NCBI GenBank assembly: GCA_015063955.1 | Contig: SVTD01000002.1 | Coordinates: 8,236-72,235 of the forward strand | Direction of reading: 5' to 3' | Source of the DNA: Oscillospiraceae bacterium | Lineage (GTDB): Bacteria > Bacillota > Clostridia > Oscillospirales > CAG-272 | DNA: 64,000 bases | Shown here: positions 36,623-45,423 of the stretch, piece by piece | How positions within the stretch are numbered: position 1 is the first letter of the stretch | How the letters are laid out: the number at the start of each line of letters is the position of its first letter | Notes under the pieces: generated by a model | The model's input: only the letters and a program-made list of their open reading frames with translations | What the model was told of the DNA's origin: nothing | Databases searched by the model: none | Translations under genes and position numbers: made by a program

Positions 36623-36652
36623 AAAAACCGTACGGGACTCCGTACGGTTTTT
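36623..36652 (-). terminator. Rho-independent terminator of the 38233-36657 operon
   Basis: aaaaaccgtacgg-gact-ccgtacggttttt has T-tracts on both strands. Confidence 0.85.
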
Positions 36653-36656
36653 GATG

Positions 36657-37373
36657 TCAGTTGAAAAGGTAATAATTGATCGAATCTACAAGAACTGTAC
36701 CGTTTCGGTCCACGAGGGTAAAGCAAAGGGTTTTTGAGCCGTCGCTTCCGATATCGTTTCTGAAGGTTCCGTTATTTCTGTGGATCTTATAAGAAACGTT
36801 ATAGTAGAAGACGTCGTCCCCGTCAATGACGTCCTCGCCGAGACGTTCTATGCGGATGTCGTATATCATTTGCTGTGTGAAGCTGTAATAGGGCTCGTTT
36901 GATTTATAATAGTTTTCTGTGAAAAGCTTATTATATTCATCGTAATTACCGGAGATTGCAAGATCGAAGTACTTGAAAAAGAACTGCATATCTGCATCCA
37001 GCTCCTCCAGGGGGTACTCGTTGAGGGAGAAGGTTTCGGCTCCCTCAGTATAATAAATGCATCTGTCAAGATCGAGGTACTCCTTCTCGGTCATAATATC
37101 AAGATCATAGTCGATGGGATAGTATATGTATGACTGAGTGCTGCCGTACATACCTACGATCTCCTCCTGCTTCTCCTGGCTGAACATGGGGTTCACGTTC
37201 TTTTCAGGCAAGGCGTAAAGAATGATCCAGCTGATTACGCCAAGTAAGAGAAGACCCGCGAATACTGATATAATTACTATCTTCTTTTTCTTTGAGGAAC
37301 GGGGCTTTTCCCGTGCCGGCTCAGTGTCGGGGATAGGCGCCTCGTCTACAATAATTTTCTTATTATCACTCAT
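36657..37373 (-). CDS. Hypothetical single-pass membrane protein
   Basis: 238 aa with a charged N-terminus, one TM helix (IVIISVFAGLLLLGVISWIILYAL) and a Tyr/Asp-rich extracytoplasmic domain. No family recognised. Confidence 0.5.
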   Translation of the reverse strand: MSDNKKIIVDEAPIPDTEPAREKPRSSKKKKIVIISVFAGLLLLGVISWIILYALPEKNVNPMFSQEKQEEIVGMYGSTQSYIYYPIDYDLDIMTEKEYLDLDRCIYYTEGAETFSLNEYPLEELDADMQFFFKYFDLAISGNYDEYNKLFTENYYKSNEPYYSFTQQMIYDIRIERLGEDVIDGDDVFYYNVSYKIHRNNGTFRNDIGSDGSKTLCFTLVDRNGTVLVDSINYYLFN

Positions 37374-37375
37374 AA

Positions 37376-38233
37376 TTAAAGCTCCAAAAATCTTTTAAGG
37401 TTTTTAAGTCCCTGTCCGAGCGCCCAGAAAACATCGTCTCCGCCCTCAAACTCAATGGACATATATCCGTCGTATCCGGAATTTCTAAGTATTCTTATGC
37501 TCTGAGCGGCCTTTGCGCTTCCAAATCCTATAATACTGCCGCGAAGATAGTTTCCGCTTCTTGTACAGAACCAACCGTCACCGGGGGCGATCTCGTTTCC
37601 GCTCTTGAAATAGAAGTCCTTGCAGTGAACGTGGAACGCGTAGGGGGTCATAATTCCTACGCTGTGGGAAGGATCCTCGTCGGCACACATAAAGTTTCCT
37701 ATATCAACGAGAGCTCCGAAATTGGGATGATTTACGGCATTGATAAGCTTTTCAACTCTGAGGGCATCCTGAGAGAAGAAGCCGTGGTTTTCAGTCATCG
37801 TTCTGATTCCCTTTGTGCGGGCATACTCCGTAACCTCTCTTGCGCCCTCTGCTATGTAGGGAAGTGCAGCGTCATAGCCCGTATTGTACGTGCGCCTGAA
37901 GGGACCGTAAGCAACGTCGTGACGCATCATGGAAACTCCCATAAGAGCGGCAATATCAACCATTTCCTTGAGGCGCTCCACCTCTTTTGTAAGGTCATCG
38001 CGGTTTTCAAGTGCAAGATTTCCGCCAACGCAAAGGTTTACGGGCTGTATTCCGATCTCCTCGCACTTTTCGCGAATAAGATGGGCTTTTTCGGGGTTCG
38101 TATATGCGTTCTCCACGAATTCGATCCCGTCAAATCCCATTTCCTTTGCTTTTTCTATAACTCCCAGTGTTCCGAGACGGCTCTCATCTGCCTCGGCGCC
38201 GAAGCTGTAGGAGCTGACACAGGTCTTTATCAT
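37376..38233 (-). CDS. Sugar phosphate isomerase/epimerase (xylose isomerase-like TIM barrel)
   Basis: 286 aa with an AP-endonuclease-2/TIM-barrel-like pattern (GFDGIEF ... ENH ... H.KD). The start is set at MIKTCVSS. Confidence 0.7.
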   Translation of the reverse strand: MIKTCVSSYSFGAEADESRLGTLGVIEKAKEMGFDGIEFVENAYTNPEKAHLIREKCEEIGIQPVNLCVGGNLALENRDDLTKEVERLKEMVDIAALMGVSMMRHDVAYGPFRRTYNTGYDAALPYIAEGAREVTEYARTKGIRTMTENHGFFSQDALRVEKLINAVNHPNFGALVDIGNFMCADEDPSHSVGIMTPYAFHVHCKDFYFKSGNEIAPGDGWFCTRSGNYLRGSIIGFGSAKAAQSIRILRNSGYDGYMSIEFEGGDDVFWALGQGLKNLKRFLEL

Positions 38234-38321
38234 AACGATACCTTCCAAATAAAAACTGTATTCTCATTATAGACGAAAGGAGATGATTATTCAAGAGAAA
38301 GTTTAAAAATGTAATACTTTG

Positions 38322-38350
38322 GTTGACTTGAAACGAAATATTTAGTATAA
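38322..38350 (+). promoter_or_regulatory. Near-consensus sigma-A promoter for the dockerin-phosphatase gene
   Basis: TTGACT (38322-38327), 17 nt, then TATAAT (38345-38350). Confidence 0.6.
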
Positions 38351-38415
38351 TTACTTCAATAAGGGTGGTTCCTGTTCGGCTAAGGAGCCCCATCTGAATA
38401 AAAATGGAGGTCAAT

Positions 38416-39990
38416 ATGAAAAGAACTCTTTCATTTATTATTGCACTTGTAATAATTGTAACGACAATGTTCGCTTTCCCCGTTTCTTCTGCGTCCTATA
38501 AGGTCGGAGATCTTAACGGAGACGGGCAGATCAACGCTCTTGATTCCAATTGCATTCGCAAATATCTTGCGGGCAGTTATGTGCTCAGCGATGAAAGATG
38601 CGCAGACATTAACGGCGACGGTGAGGTCAGCCTTCCCGATGCCGCAATCTTTCTTAAGGCTCTCAGCGGCGTATACAACATCGTTCAGCCTGAGGACGAG
38701 CCTGATGGCGTAAGCATTGCATCCTATACCGTCGTATATCCTGCAGAGGGTACGGTATACGAGCAGTATGCCGCAGAGATCCTTTGCGATTGGGTAGCTG
38801 ATAATTGCGGCGTTGAGCTTACCTGTGTTGACGATACTGCCCCTGAGGTGGAATACGAGATACTTATCGGTAACACAAACAGAGAAGAAAGCGCGACGGG
38901 CGCTGAGTTTGCAGATAACCAGTTCCTTCTTAAGGCGGACGGTTCAAAGCTCGTTCTTCAGGGTAAGGACTATATGGTAGGCGGAGCTGTCGGCGAGCTT
39001 ACTTATTATAATATCAGTGCAGAAACCGTTCTTACCGATCAGATCGCAACTGAAAACGTCATCAGCGATTATGCTCCCGTTGAGGGCGATTCGGTTATTC
39101 TTATGATCGGTGACGGTATGGGCTTTAACCATCTTAAATTCACAGATTTCTACCTCCGCAGAGATCCTACGTATGAGGGCTTTATTGCTGAAGCATTCCC
39201 CAACAGCGGTGATTGCATTACGTACTGCCTCAGCGAGCTTAAGGGTGATTATACCTTTGACAAGATCACAACAGACTCCGCTGCTGCAGGAACTGCTCTT
39301 GCTACAGGCTGGAAGACCCAGAAGGGCTATCTCGGTCAGAACGGCTTTGGCGGAGACGTTGTAAATATCCGGGAGGTTGCTCACGATCTCGGCTATAAGA
39401 CCGGTATCATTTCTACCGAACCCTTGACGGGTGCAACGCCTGCTTCCTTCTCGGTTCATACAGACAGCCGTGCAAACGATCAGGATATTATCAATCAGCA
39501 GGCAGCTCTCCTTGAAAACGGTCTTATCGATTATTTCAAGGGCGACTCCTATGATGATCTTCTTGCAGATACTAAGGAAGCTCTTGACGTTATTTCTACG
39601 GATTCCGAGGGATACTTCATTATGATCGAGGAGGCATACATTGATAAGGCGTGCCATAAGCTCGGTGCAGGCACTTATACCCTTGCCGACCTTGTTTCCT
39701 ACGTTCGCCGCTTCAATACTGCAATTCAGTATGCGGCAACCTTTACGGCAAGCCGCCCCGATTCCGTTCTTATCGTAACTGCTGACCACGAAACAGGCAG
39801 CATTACTCCTACAGGCGGATATGATTCAGGCGGAAACCATTCCAACGTAAACGTACCTGTATTTGCAATGGGCTACGGAACGGAGATGTTTAACGGAACG
39901 ACCGTAGATAATACGGATATCGCTGATTTCATGGCAAGCGCATACGGCCTTGAGACCTTCGGCGGAGACTATACGAACGTTAATGAATAA
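38416..39990 (+). CDS. Secreted alkaline phosphatase with an N-terminal type-I dockerin
   Basis: There is a signal peptide (MKRTLSFIIALVIIVTTMFAFPVSSA). Two dockerin Ca-binding repeats follow (DLNGDGQINALD, DINGDGEVSLPD), then an unassigned domain of about 130 aa. The PhoA-type core has MIGDGMG, the active site TTDSAAAGTALATG and VTADHETG. Confidence 0.85.
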   Translation: MKRTLSFIIALVIIVTTMFAFPVSSASYKVGDLNGDGQINALDSNCIRKYLAGSYVLSDERCADINGDGEVSLPDAAIFLKALSGVYNIVQPEDEPDGVSIASYTVVYPAEGTVYEQYAAEILCDWVADNCGVELTCVDDTAPEVEYEILIGNTNREESATGAEFADNQFLLKADGSKLVLQGKDYMVGGAVGELTYYNISAETVLTDQIATENVISDYAPVEGDSVILMIGDGMGFNHLKFTDFYLRRDPTYEGFIAEAFPNSGDCITYCLSELKGDYTFDKITTDSAAAGTALATGWKTQKGYLGQNGFGGDVVNIREVAHDLGYKTGIISTEPLTGATPASFSVHTDSRANDQDIINQQAALLENGLIDYFKGDSYDDLLADTKEALDVISTDSEGYFIMIEEAYIDKACHKLGAGTYTLADLVSYVRRFNTAIQYAATFTASRPDSVLIVTADHETGSITPTGGYDSGGNHSNVNVPVFAMGYGTEMFNGTTVDNTDIADFMASAYGLETFGGDYTNVNE

Positions 39991-39996
39991 ACCGGA

Positions 39997-40026
39997 TAAA
40001 AAGGGCTGCTTTTGCAGCCCTTTTTC
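39997..40026 (+). terminator. Terminator of the phosphatase gene
   Basis: aaaagggctgc-tttt-gcagccctttttc. Confidence 0.85.
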
Positions 40027-40081
40027 AATTTTTGTTTATATAATTACACTAAATATTTACAATTATTTTTTTCTTCAATTC

Positions 40082-40110
40082 TTGATTTTTTTGTCATAAA
40101 AGCTTATAGT
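40082..40110 (+). promoter_or_regulatory. Putative promoter of the activase operon
   Basis: TTGATT-17 nt-TATAGT in an AT-rich intergenic region. Confidence 0.4.
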
Positions 40111-40146
40111 TTATTTTGAGCAAATATGAACTCAAGCAGGTAGACT

Positions 40147-43128
40147 ATGAAAATTATGAAAGAAAAAGCAACTGCTGTCACATATCTGGGAATCGATATA
40201 GGTTCCACCACTGCGAAGATCGTTGCAGTTCGTGACAGGGTAGTAATATACCAAAAGTATGAGCGCCATATGTCTCAGGTTCGCCAGAAGACTCACGAGA
40301 TGCTCCTTGCAGCACAGAATGAGATCGGCGAGGGAGAGATAAAGGTAGCGGTATCGGGCTCTGCAGGTCTCGGAATGGCAAATGCTGCAAGCCTTCCTTT
40401 CATCCAGGAGGTCTTTGCTACCGGTGAGGTAGTAAAGAAGTACGCACCCGAAACGGATACCGTAATAGAGCTTGGCGGAGAGGATGCTAAGGTCATCTTC
40501 TTCAAGGGCGGTACCGATGAGAGAATGAACGGCACCTGTGCCGGAGGTACGGGCGCGTTTATCGACCAGATGGCAAATCTTCTCAGCGTTACTCCCGACG
40601 AGCTTGACGAGCTTTCTCTGAAGTGTGAAAGAATATATCCCATTGCATCCCGCTGCGGCGTTTTTGCAAAAACCGATATTCAGCCCCTTCTCAATCAGGG
40701 CGCAAGAAAAGAGGATATTGCGGCAAGCATTTATCAGGCCGTAGTAAATCAGACAATTGCAGGACTTGCTCAGGGCAGAAAGATCGAGGGAACGGTTATG
40801 TTCCTCGGCGGGCCGCTTTATTTCTGTAAGGGCCTGAGAGAGCGGTTCGTAAAGACCTTGAAGCTTGACTCCGATCACGCAGTTTTTCCGGATTTTGCCC
40901 TTTATTCCGTTGCTCTCGGTGCATCTCTTTATGCTGAAAAGTCATCCGATCCCATGACGCTTTCGCATCTTTTGTCGGCAATTGAGAACTCAAAGACTCA
41001 GAAGGCAGAGACAAATCATATTCCTCCTCTTTTTGAAAGCGACAGTGAGCTTGAAGCATTCAGAGCGCGTCATTCTAAGGCAAGCGTTCCCGAAGGGGAC
41101 ATCTCCTCCTACGAGGGACCGGCGTGGCTCGGTATCGACTGCGGAAGCACTACCACAAAGCTTGTGCTTATAGATGAAGAATGCAGGCTTCTCTATACAT
41201 ATTACGATTCAAACAAGGGTAATCCCGTAGAGATAGTCAGAGGCCAGCTTGAAAAGATATATTCTCTCATAGGAAATAAAATAAAGATCGCCGGAAGTGC
41301 CGTAACCGGCTACGGCGAGGAGCTTATCTGCGCAGGCTTTTGCGTTGATAAGGGAATAGTTGAAACTATTGCCCACTATACGGCGGCGTCTCATTTTGAC
41401 CCTAAGGTGGACTTTATTCTTGATATCGGAGGACAGGATATCAAGTGCTTCAGAGTAAAAAACAATTCAATCGACAGCATTATGCTGAACGAGGCTTGCT
41501 CGTCCGGCTGCGGCTCCTTCCTTGAGACCTTTGCAAAATCCATGGGCTATCCCGTAGACCGTTTTGCAGAACTTGGACTTAAGGGCAGATCTCCCGTAGA
41601 TCTCGGAAGCCGTTGCACCGTATTTATGAACTCCTCCGTAAAGCAGGCCCAGAAGGACGGTGCGGGAGTTGAGGATATTTCCGCAGGTCTTTCCGTAAGC
41701 GTGGTAAAGAATGCGATCTATAAGGTCATCCGTGCGGGAAGTGCCGATGAGCTTGGAAAAAATATAGTCGTACAGGGCGGAACGTTCTATAACGATGCAG
41801 TTCTTCGAAGCTTTGAAAAGGAGCTTCAGAGAAACGTTACCCGACCTGCAATTGCAGGTCTTATGGGAGCCTTCGGAGCGGCACTTTACGTAAAGCGGCT
41901 GGGACTTGAAAAATCGGGTATCATTTCTCCCGAAAAGCTTTCCTGCTTTGAGCATAAGGCAGTATCGGTGAGATGTAACAAGTGTGAAAACCGTTGTCCT
42001 CTCACCGTCAATACCTTCTCCTCGGGTGCAAAGTTTATTTCAGGTAACCAGTGCGATAAGGGTGCCGGAATCAAGGAAAGCATGCAGGATAAGCTTCCCA
42101 ATCTTCACAGATATAAGAGAGATAAGCTTTACAGTCTTGCGTGTGATACGGGCGAAGGTCAGCGAGGATGCATCGGTCTTCCTCTTTCCCTCGGAATGTA
42201 CGAGCTTGCACCCCTTTGGCATACGGTTTTCAAGGAGCTTGGCTTTAAGGTCGTAATGACGGGACAGTCAAGTAAGGAGGTATACGCAAAGGGACATTTC
42301 TCTATCCCCTCCGATACCGCCTGCTATCCTGCAAAGCTTATGCACGGGCATATACAGCTTCTCATAGAAGAGGGCGTTGATGCCATTTTCTATCCCTGCA
42401 TCACGTATAATATTGACGAGGGTGACAGCGATAACCACTATAACTGCCCCGTTGTTGCATATTATTCCGAGCTTCTGAACGGCAATACTGAGGAGCTCTC
42501 GAGTGTGAAATTCCTTTACCCTTATCTTAACATAAACGATGAAAAGCAGCTTGCAAAGGGACTTTGCAGATACCTCTCAGACTATTTTGAGGGAATCACT
42601 CTCAAAGAAGTGAGAAGGGCAGTAGGCAAGGGAGTGCAGGCATATAAGGACTGGATGGCAGACATCCGCCGCGAGGGAAGTGCGGCTCTCAGCTATGCCC
42701 GAGAGAACGGTATCCCCGTTATGGTCCTTGCAGGACGTCCCTATCACGCAGACCGCGAGATAGGTCACGGTATTGACAGACTTGCAAACTCTCTGGGCTT
42801 TGCAGTAGTCAGTGAGGACAGCATTTCCGATCTTGCTCCCTGTCCCCGCGTCAGTGTCCTTAATCAGTGGACCTATCATTCAAGACTATATAAAGCGGCA
42901 GAATACGTCTCAGAGCACGATGACTGCCAGCTGGTTCAGCTGGTGTCCTTCGGTTGCGGTGTGGATGCCATAACCACCGATGAGGTCAGAGCGATCCTTG
43001 AGTCAAAGGGTAAGCTCTATACCCAGTTGAAGATCGATGAGATAACGAACCTCGGCGCTGTCAAGATAAGACTTCGCAGTCTTATCGGTGCAATGGAGGA
43101 AAGAAAGAAAAGAGAGGAGGCAAAGTGA
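40147..43128 (+). CDS. Fusion protein: two BcrA/BadF/HgdC-type activase ATPase domains plus a 2-hydroxyacyl-CoA-dehydratase-like (DUF2229-type) domain
   Basis: 993 aa. ATPase unit 1 has YLGIDIGSTTAKIV, ELGGEDAKV, NGTCAGGTGAFID and RCGVFAKTD. Unit 2 has WLGIDCGSTTTKLV, DIGGQDIKC, NEACSSGCGSFLE and RCTVFMNSS. A Cys-rich linker (CNKCENRCPL) follows, then a C-terminal dehydratase-like part (TACYPAKLMHGH, YNCPVVAYY, SFGCGVDA). Confidence 0.8.
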   Translation: MKIMKEKATAVTYLGIDIGSTTAKIVAVRDRVVIYQKYERHMSQVRQKTHEMLLAAQNEIGEGEIKVAVSGSAGLGMANAASLPFIQEVFATGEVVKKYAPETDTVIELGGEDAKVIFFKGGTDERMNGTCAGGTGAFIDQMANLLSVTPDELDELSLKCERIYPIASRCGVFAKTDIQPLLNQGARKEDIAASIYQAVVNQTIAGLAQGRKIEGTVMFLGGPLYFCKGLRERFVKTLKLDSDHAVFPDFALYSVALGASLYAEKSSDPMTLSHLLSAIENSKTQKAETNHIPPLFESDSELEAFRARHSKASVPEGDISSYEGPAWLGIDCGSTTTKLVLIDEECRLLYTYYDSNKGNPVEIVRGQLEKIYSLIGNKIKIAGSAVTGYGEELICAGFCVDKGIVETIAHYTAASHFDPKVDFILDIGGQDIKCFRVKNNSIDSIMLNEACSSGCGSFLETFAKSMGYPVDRFAELGLKGRSPVDLGSRCTVFMNSSVKQAQKDGAGVEDISAGLSVSVVKNAIYKVIRAGSADELGKNIVVQGGTFYNDAVLRSFEKELQRNVTRPAIAGLMGAFGAALYVKRLGLEKSGIISPEKLSCFEHKAVSVRCNKCENRCPLTVNTFSSGAKFISGNQCDKGAGIKESMQDKLPNLHRYKRDKLYSLACDTGEGQRGCIGLPLSLGMYELAPLWHTVFKELGFKVVMTGQSSKEVYAKGHFSIPSDTACYPAKLMHGHIQLLIEEGVDAIFYPCITYNIDEGDSDNHYNCPVVAYYSELLNGNTEELSSVKFLYPYLNINDEKQLAKGLCRYLSDYFEGITLKEVRRAVGKGVQAYKDWMADIRREGSAALSYARENGIPVMVLAGRPYHADREIGHGIDRLANSLGFAVVSEDSISDLAPCPRVSVLNQWTYHSRLYKAAEYVSEHDDCQLVQLVSFGCGVDAITTDEVRAILESKGKLYTQLKIDEITNLGAVKIRLRSLIGAMEERKKREEAK

Positions 43129-44420
43129 TGAGCGAAAGAGTAATGTTTACAGAGGAAATGAAAAAAACTCATACGATCCTCATTCCCACAATGCTTCCCG
43201 TACATTTTAAAATGATAGCCCAGACCCTCTGCAGCTACGGCTATAAGGCGGAGGCTCTGGAAAACTCAGGCCAGCAGGTAATTGATTACGGACTCAAATA
43301 CGTACATAACGACGCCTGCTATCCTTCGCTTCTTATTATAGGCCAGTTTATCGATGCCCTGAATTCAGGCAAATACGATCCTCATAAGGTGGCGCTCCTC
43401 TATGCTCAGACGGGAGGCGGATGCCGTGCCTCAAACTATATATCTCTTCTCAGAAAAGCCCTTGTAAAAGCAGGCTTTGAGTACGTTCCCGTAATCTCCC
43501 TTAATATATCGGGCCTCGAGGAAAACCCCGGATTTAAGCTGACTCTACCTCTTCTTCACAGAATGGTATACGCCGTTATGTACGGCGACCTTATTATGCT
43601 TCTTCGCAATCAGTGCATTCCCTATGAAAAGGTAAAGGGCGCAACCGAAAAAAAGTGCGAGGAGTGGACGAACCGCCTCGTTGAGGAGATGGCAAGCTCG
43701 TCCATCAATTACAGGCATATTAAGAAAAACTACGCGGCGATCGTGCGTGACTTTGACTCAATACCCAAAACGGGCGAGAAAAAGATCAAGGTTGGAATCG
43801 TGGGAGAGATATTCGTAAAATTCTCCCCCCTCGGTAATAATAATCTTGAGGAGTTTCTTGTCAGCGAGGGTGCGGAGGTCTATATGGCAGGGCTCGTTGA
43901 TTTCTGTCTGTATTGCCTCCAGAACAGCCTCGTTGATAAGCAGCTTTACGGCGCAGGCTTTGCAAAGACAGCAGTAGCAAGGTTTTTTAAGAAGGTCGTG
44001 GTTGCAAAGCAGAACGATCTTATAAAGGCGATAAAGCAGAACAGTGATTTTACTCCTCCCACTCCCTTTGATCATACGTTTTCTCTCATTAAGGGATATA
44101 TAGGCGCAGGTACTAAGATGGGCGAGGGGTGGCTTCTTCCTGCGGAAATGCTTGAGCTTATCGATTCGGGATTTAAGAATATTATTTGCGTTCAGCCCTT
44201 CGGCTGTCTTCCCAATCACATCGTAGGAAAGGGAATGATGAAGCCCATCAAGGAAAAAAATCCCGGGGTAAATATCGTTGCCGTAGACTACGACCCGGGA
44301 GCAACGAAGATCAATCAGGAAAACCGTATCAAGCTTATGCTTTCCTGTGCAAGAGACATTGAGGATACTGAAGAAATAACAGAGGAAAAAACAGAAAAAA
44401 AGGAGCCGGTACCCGTATGA
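43128..44420 (+). CDS. 2-hydroxyacyl-CoA dehydratase-family / DUF2229-like protein (partner subunit)
   Basis: About 430 aa with conserved Cys motifs (HNDACYPS, GGGCRASNY, QPFGCLPNH). GGAGG lies 7 nt upstream of ATG 43128, which overlaps the upstream TGA. Confidence 0.7.
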   Translation: MSERVMFTEEMKKTHTILIPTMLPVHFKMIAQTLCSYGYKAEALENSGQQVIDYGLKYVHNDACYPSLLIIGQFIDALNSGKYDPHKVALLYAQTGGGCRASNYISLLRKALVKAGFEYVPVISLNISGLEENPGFKLTLPLLHRMVYAVMYGDLIMLLRNQCIPYEKVKGATEKKCEEWTNRLVEEMASSSINYRHIKKNYAAIVRDFDSIPKTGEKKIKVGIVGEIFVKFSPLGNNNLEEFLVSEGAEVYMAGLVDFCLYCLQNSLVDKQLYGAGFAKTAVARFFKKVVVAKQNDLIKAIKQNSDFTPPTPFDHTFSLIKGYIGAGTKMGEGWLLPAEMLELIDSGFKNIICVQPFGCLPNHIVGKGMMKPIKEKNPGVNIVAVDYDPGATKINQENRIKLMLSCARDIEDTEEITEEKTEKKEPVPV

Positions 44421-45133
44421 AAAGAGTACTCGTTTCAGGCGGCAGCCGAGGGATCGGAGCTGCTGTGGCAGAGAAATTTGCATCTCTCGGATATAAGGTG
44501 GCTTTTATCTACAGAAGCGATGACGGTGCTGCCGAATGCCTTTCGAAAAAGTGCGGAGCCTTTCCCATAAAGGCAGATGTTTCCGATGCCGAGGGCGCAA
44601 CGAATGCCGTAGAAAAAGCAGTTGAGCTCCTTTCGGGCATTGATATTCTCGTATCCAATGCAGGAGTATCGTTTATAGCCCAGATATGCGACACCGCCGA
44701 CACAGACTGGAGAAGGATCGTTGATACGAATCTTTCCGGCGCATTTTATCTCGCAAGGGAAGCGTCAAAGCATATGGTGAGAAACCACAGCGGAAGGATC
44801 ATCAACGTGGGAAGCGTATGGGGAAGGTGCGGTGCCTCCTGCGAGGTGGCGTACAGCGCTTCAAAGGCAGGAGTGAGAGGACTTACCATGGCTCTTGCAA
44901 AGGAGCTTGGCCCCTCAAATATCACGGTCAACTGCGTTGAGCCCGGTATCATCAATACCGATATGAATAAGTGCTTTGATAAGGAGACCCTTGACTCGAT
45001 CTGTGAGGAGATCCCCGCAGGAAGACCGGGGGAGGCAGGGGAGGTTGCAGAGCTTATTGCATTCCTTGCGTCTGACAGCGCATCCTATATAAACGGACAG
45101 TGTATCGCCATTGACGGCGGCTGGTGCATCTGA
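44417..45133 (+). CDS. SDR-family oxidoreductase (FabG-like 3-oxoacyl reductase)
   Basis: 238 aa with the NAD(P) motif SGGSRGIG, NAG and the catalytic YSASK. The start overlaps the upstream stop (ATGA). Confidence 0.85.
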   Translation: MKRVLVSGGSRGIGAAVAEKFASLGYKVAFIYRSDDGAAECLSKKCGAFPIKADVSDAEGATNAVEKAVELLSGIDILVSNAGVSFIAQICDTADTDWRRIVDTNLSGAFYLAREASKHMVRNHSGRIINVGSVWGRCGASCEVAYSASKAGVRGLTMALAKELGPSNITVNCVEPGIINTDMNKCFDKETLDSICEEIPAGRPGEAGEVAELIAFLASDSASYINGQCIAIDGGWCI

Positions 45134-45147
45134 AATCATTGACAAAG

Positions 45148-45186
45148 AAACCACCTGCTGATATAATAAGTTCAGCAGGTGGTTTT
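45148..45186 (+). terminator. Terminator of the activase-SDR operon
   Basis: A 13-bp stem, aaaccacctgctg ... cagcaggtggttt, is followed by a trailing t. Confidence 0.75.
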
Positions 45187-45193
45187 ATAAAGC

Positions 45194-45223
45194 AAAAATC
45201 CCGAATGCAAAAGCATTCGGGAT
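45194..45223 (-). terminator. Terminator of tRNA-Lys
   Basis: The minus strand reads atcccgaatgc-tttt-gcattcgggat followed by ttttt. Confidence 0.85.
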
Positions 45224-45225
45224 CT

Positions 45226-45301
45226 TGGTGACCCATCGGAGAATCGAACTCCGGACACCATGATTAAAAGTCATGTGCTCTGCCAGCTGAGCTAATGGGT
45301 C
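45226..45301 (-). tRNA. tRNA-Lys (anticodon UUU), CCA encoded
   Basis: The minus strand reads GACCCAT-TA-GCTC-AGCTGGCA-GAGC-A-CATGA-CTTTTAA-TCATG-GTGTC-CGGAG-TTCGATT-CTCCG-ATGGGTC-A-CCA. This folds as a full 76-nt cloverleaf by hand. Confidence 0.93.
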
Positions 45302-45317
45302 TCAAACGTGCCTAATT

Positions 45318-45346
45318 ATATTACCATAATCATGAACCTTTGTCAA
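45318..45346 (-). promoter_or_regulatory. Promoter of tRNA-Lys
   Basis: The minus strand reads TTGACA (plus 45341-45346), 17 nt, then TAATAT (plus 45318-45323). The tRNA 5' end lies about 17 nt downstream of the -10. Confidence 0.6.
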
Positions 45347-45423
45347 TATTTTTTTTGAATTTATTTTTTGTATTATCAAAGGTTTTTTCGGCAAATATTA
45401 AGTTGTAATAAAGGAGATTAACT

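Noticed and set aside
36295-36737. Several 60-107-aa ORFs on both strands inside repeat region B (36295..36522 -, 36341..36664 +, 36399..36581 -, 36444..36737 +). ORF 35703..35906 + is a similar case.
   Set aside because: They lie in a palindromic region that automatically produces mirrored ORFs. They have no RBS, their composition is Pro/Arg/Gly-rich nonsense, and they overlap one another and the terminator.
40147-45346. A genomic island integrated at the 3' end of tRNA-Lys (the activase operon lies immediately downstream of the tRNA 3' end)
   Set aside because: There is no integrase, no visible direct repeat of the tRNA 3' end, and codon usage and GC look native. The tRNA has its own promoter and terminator, and the operon has its own promoter and terminator.
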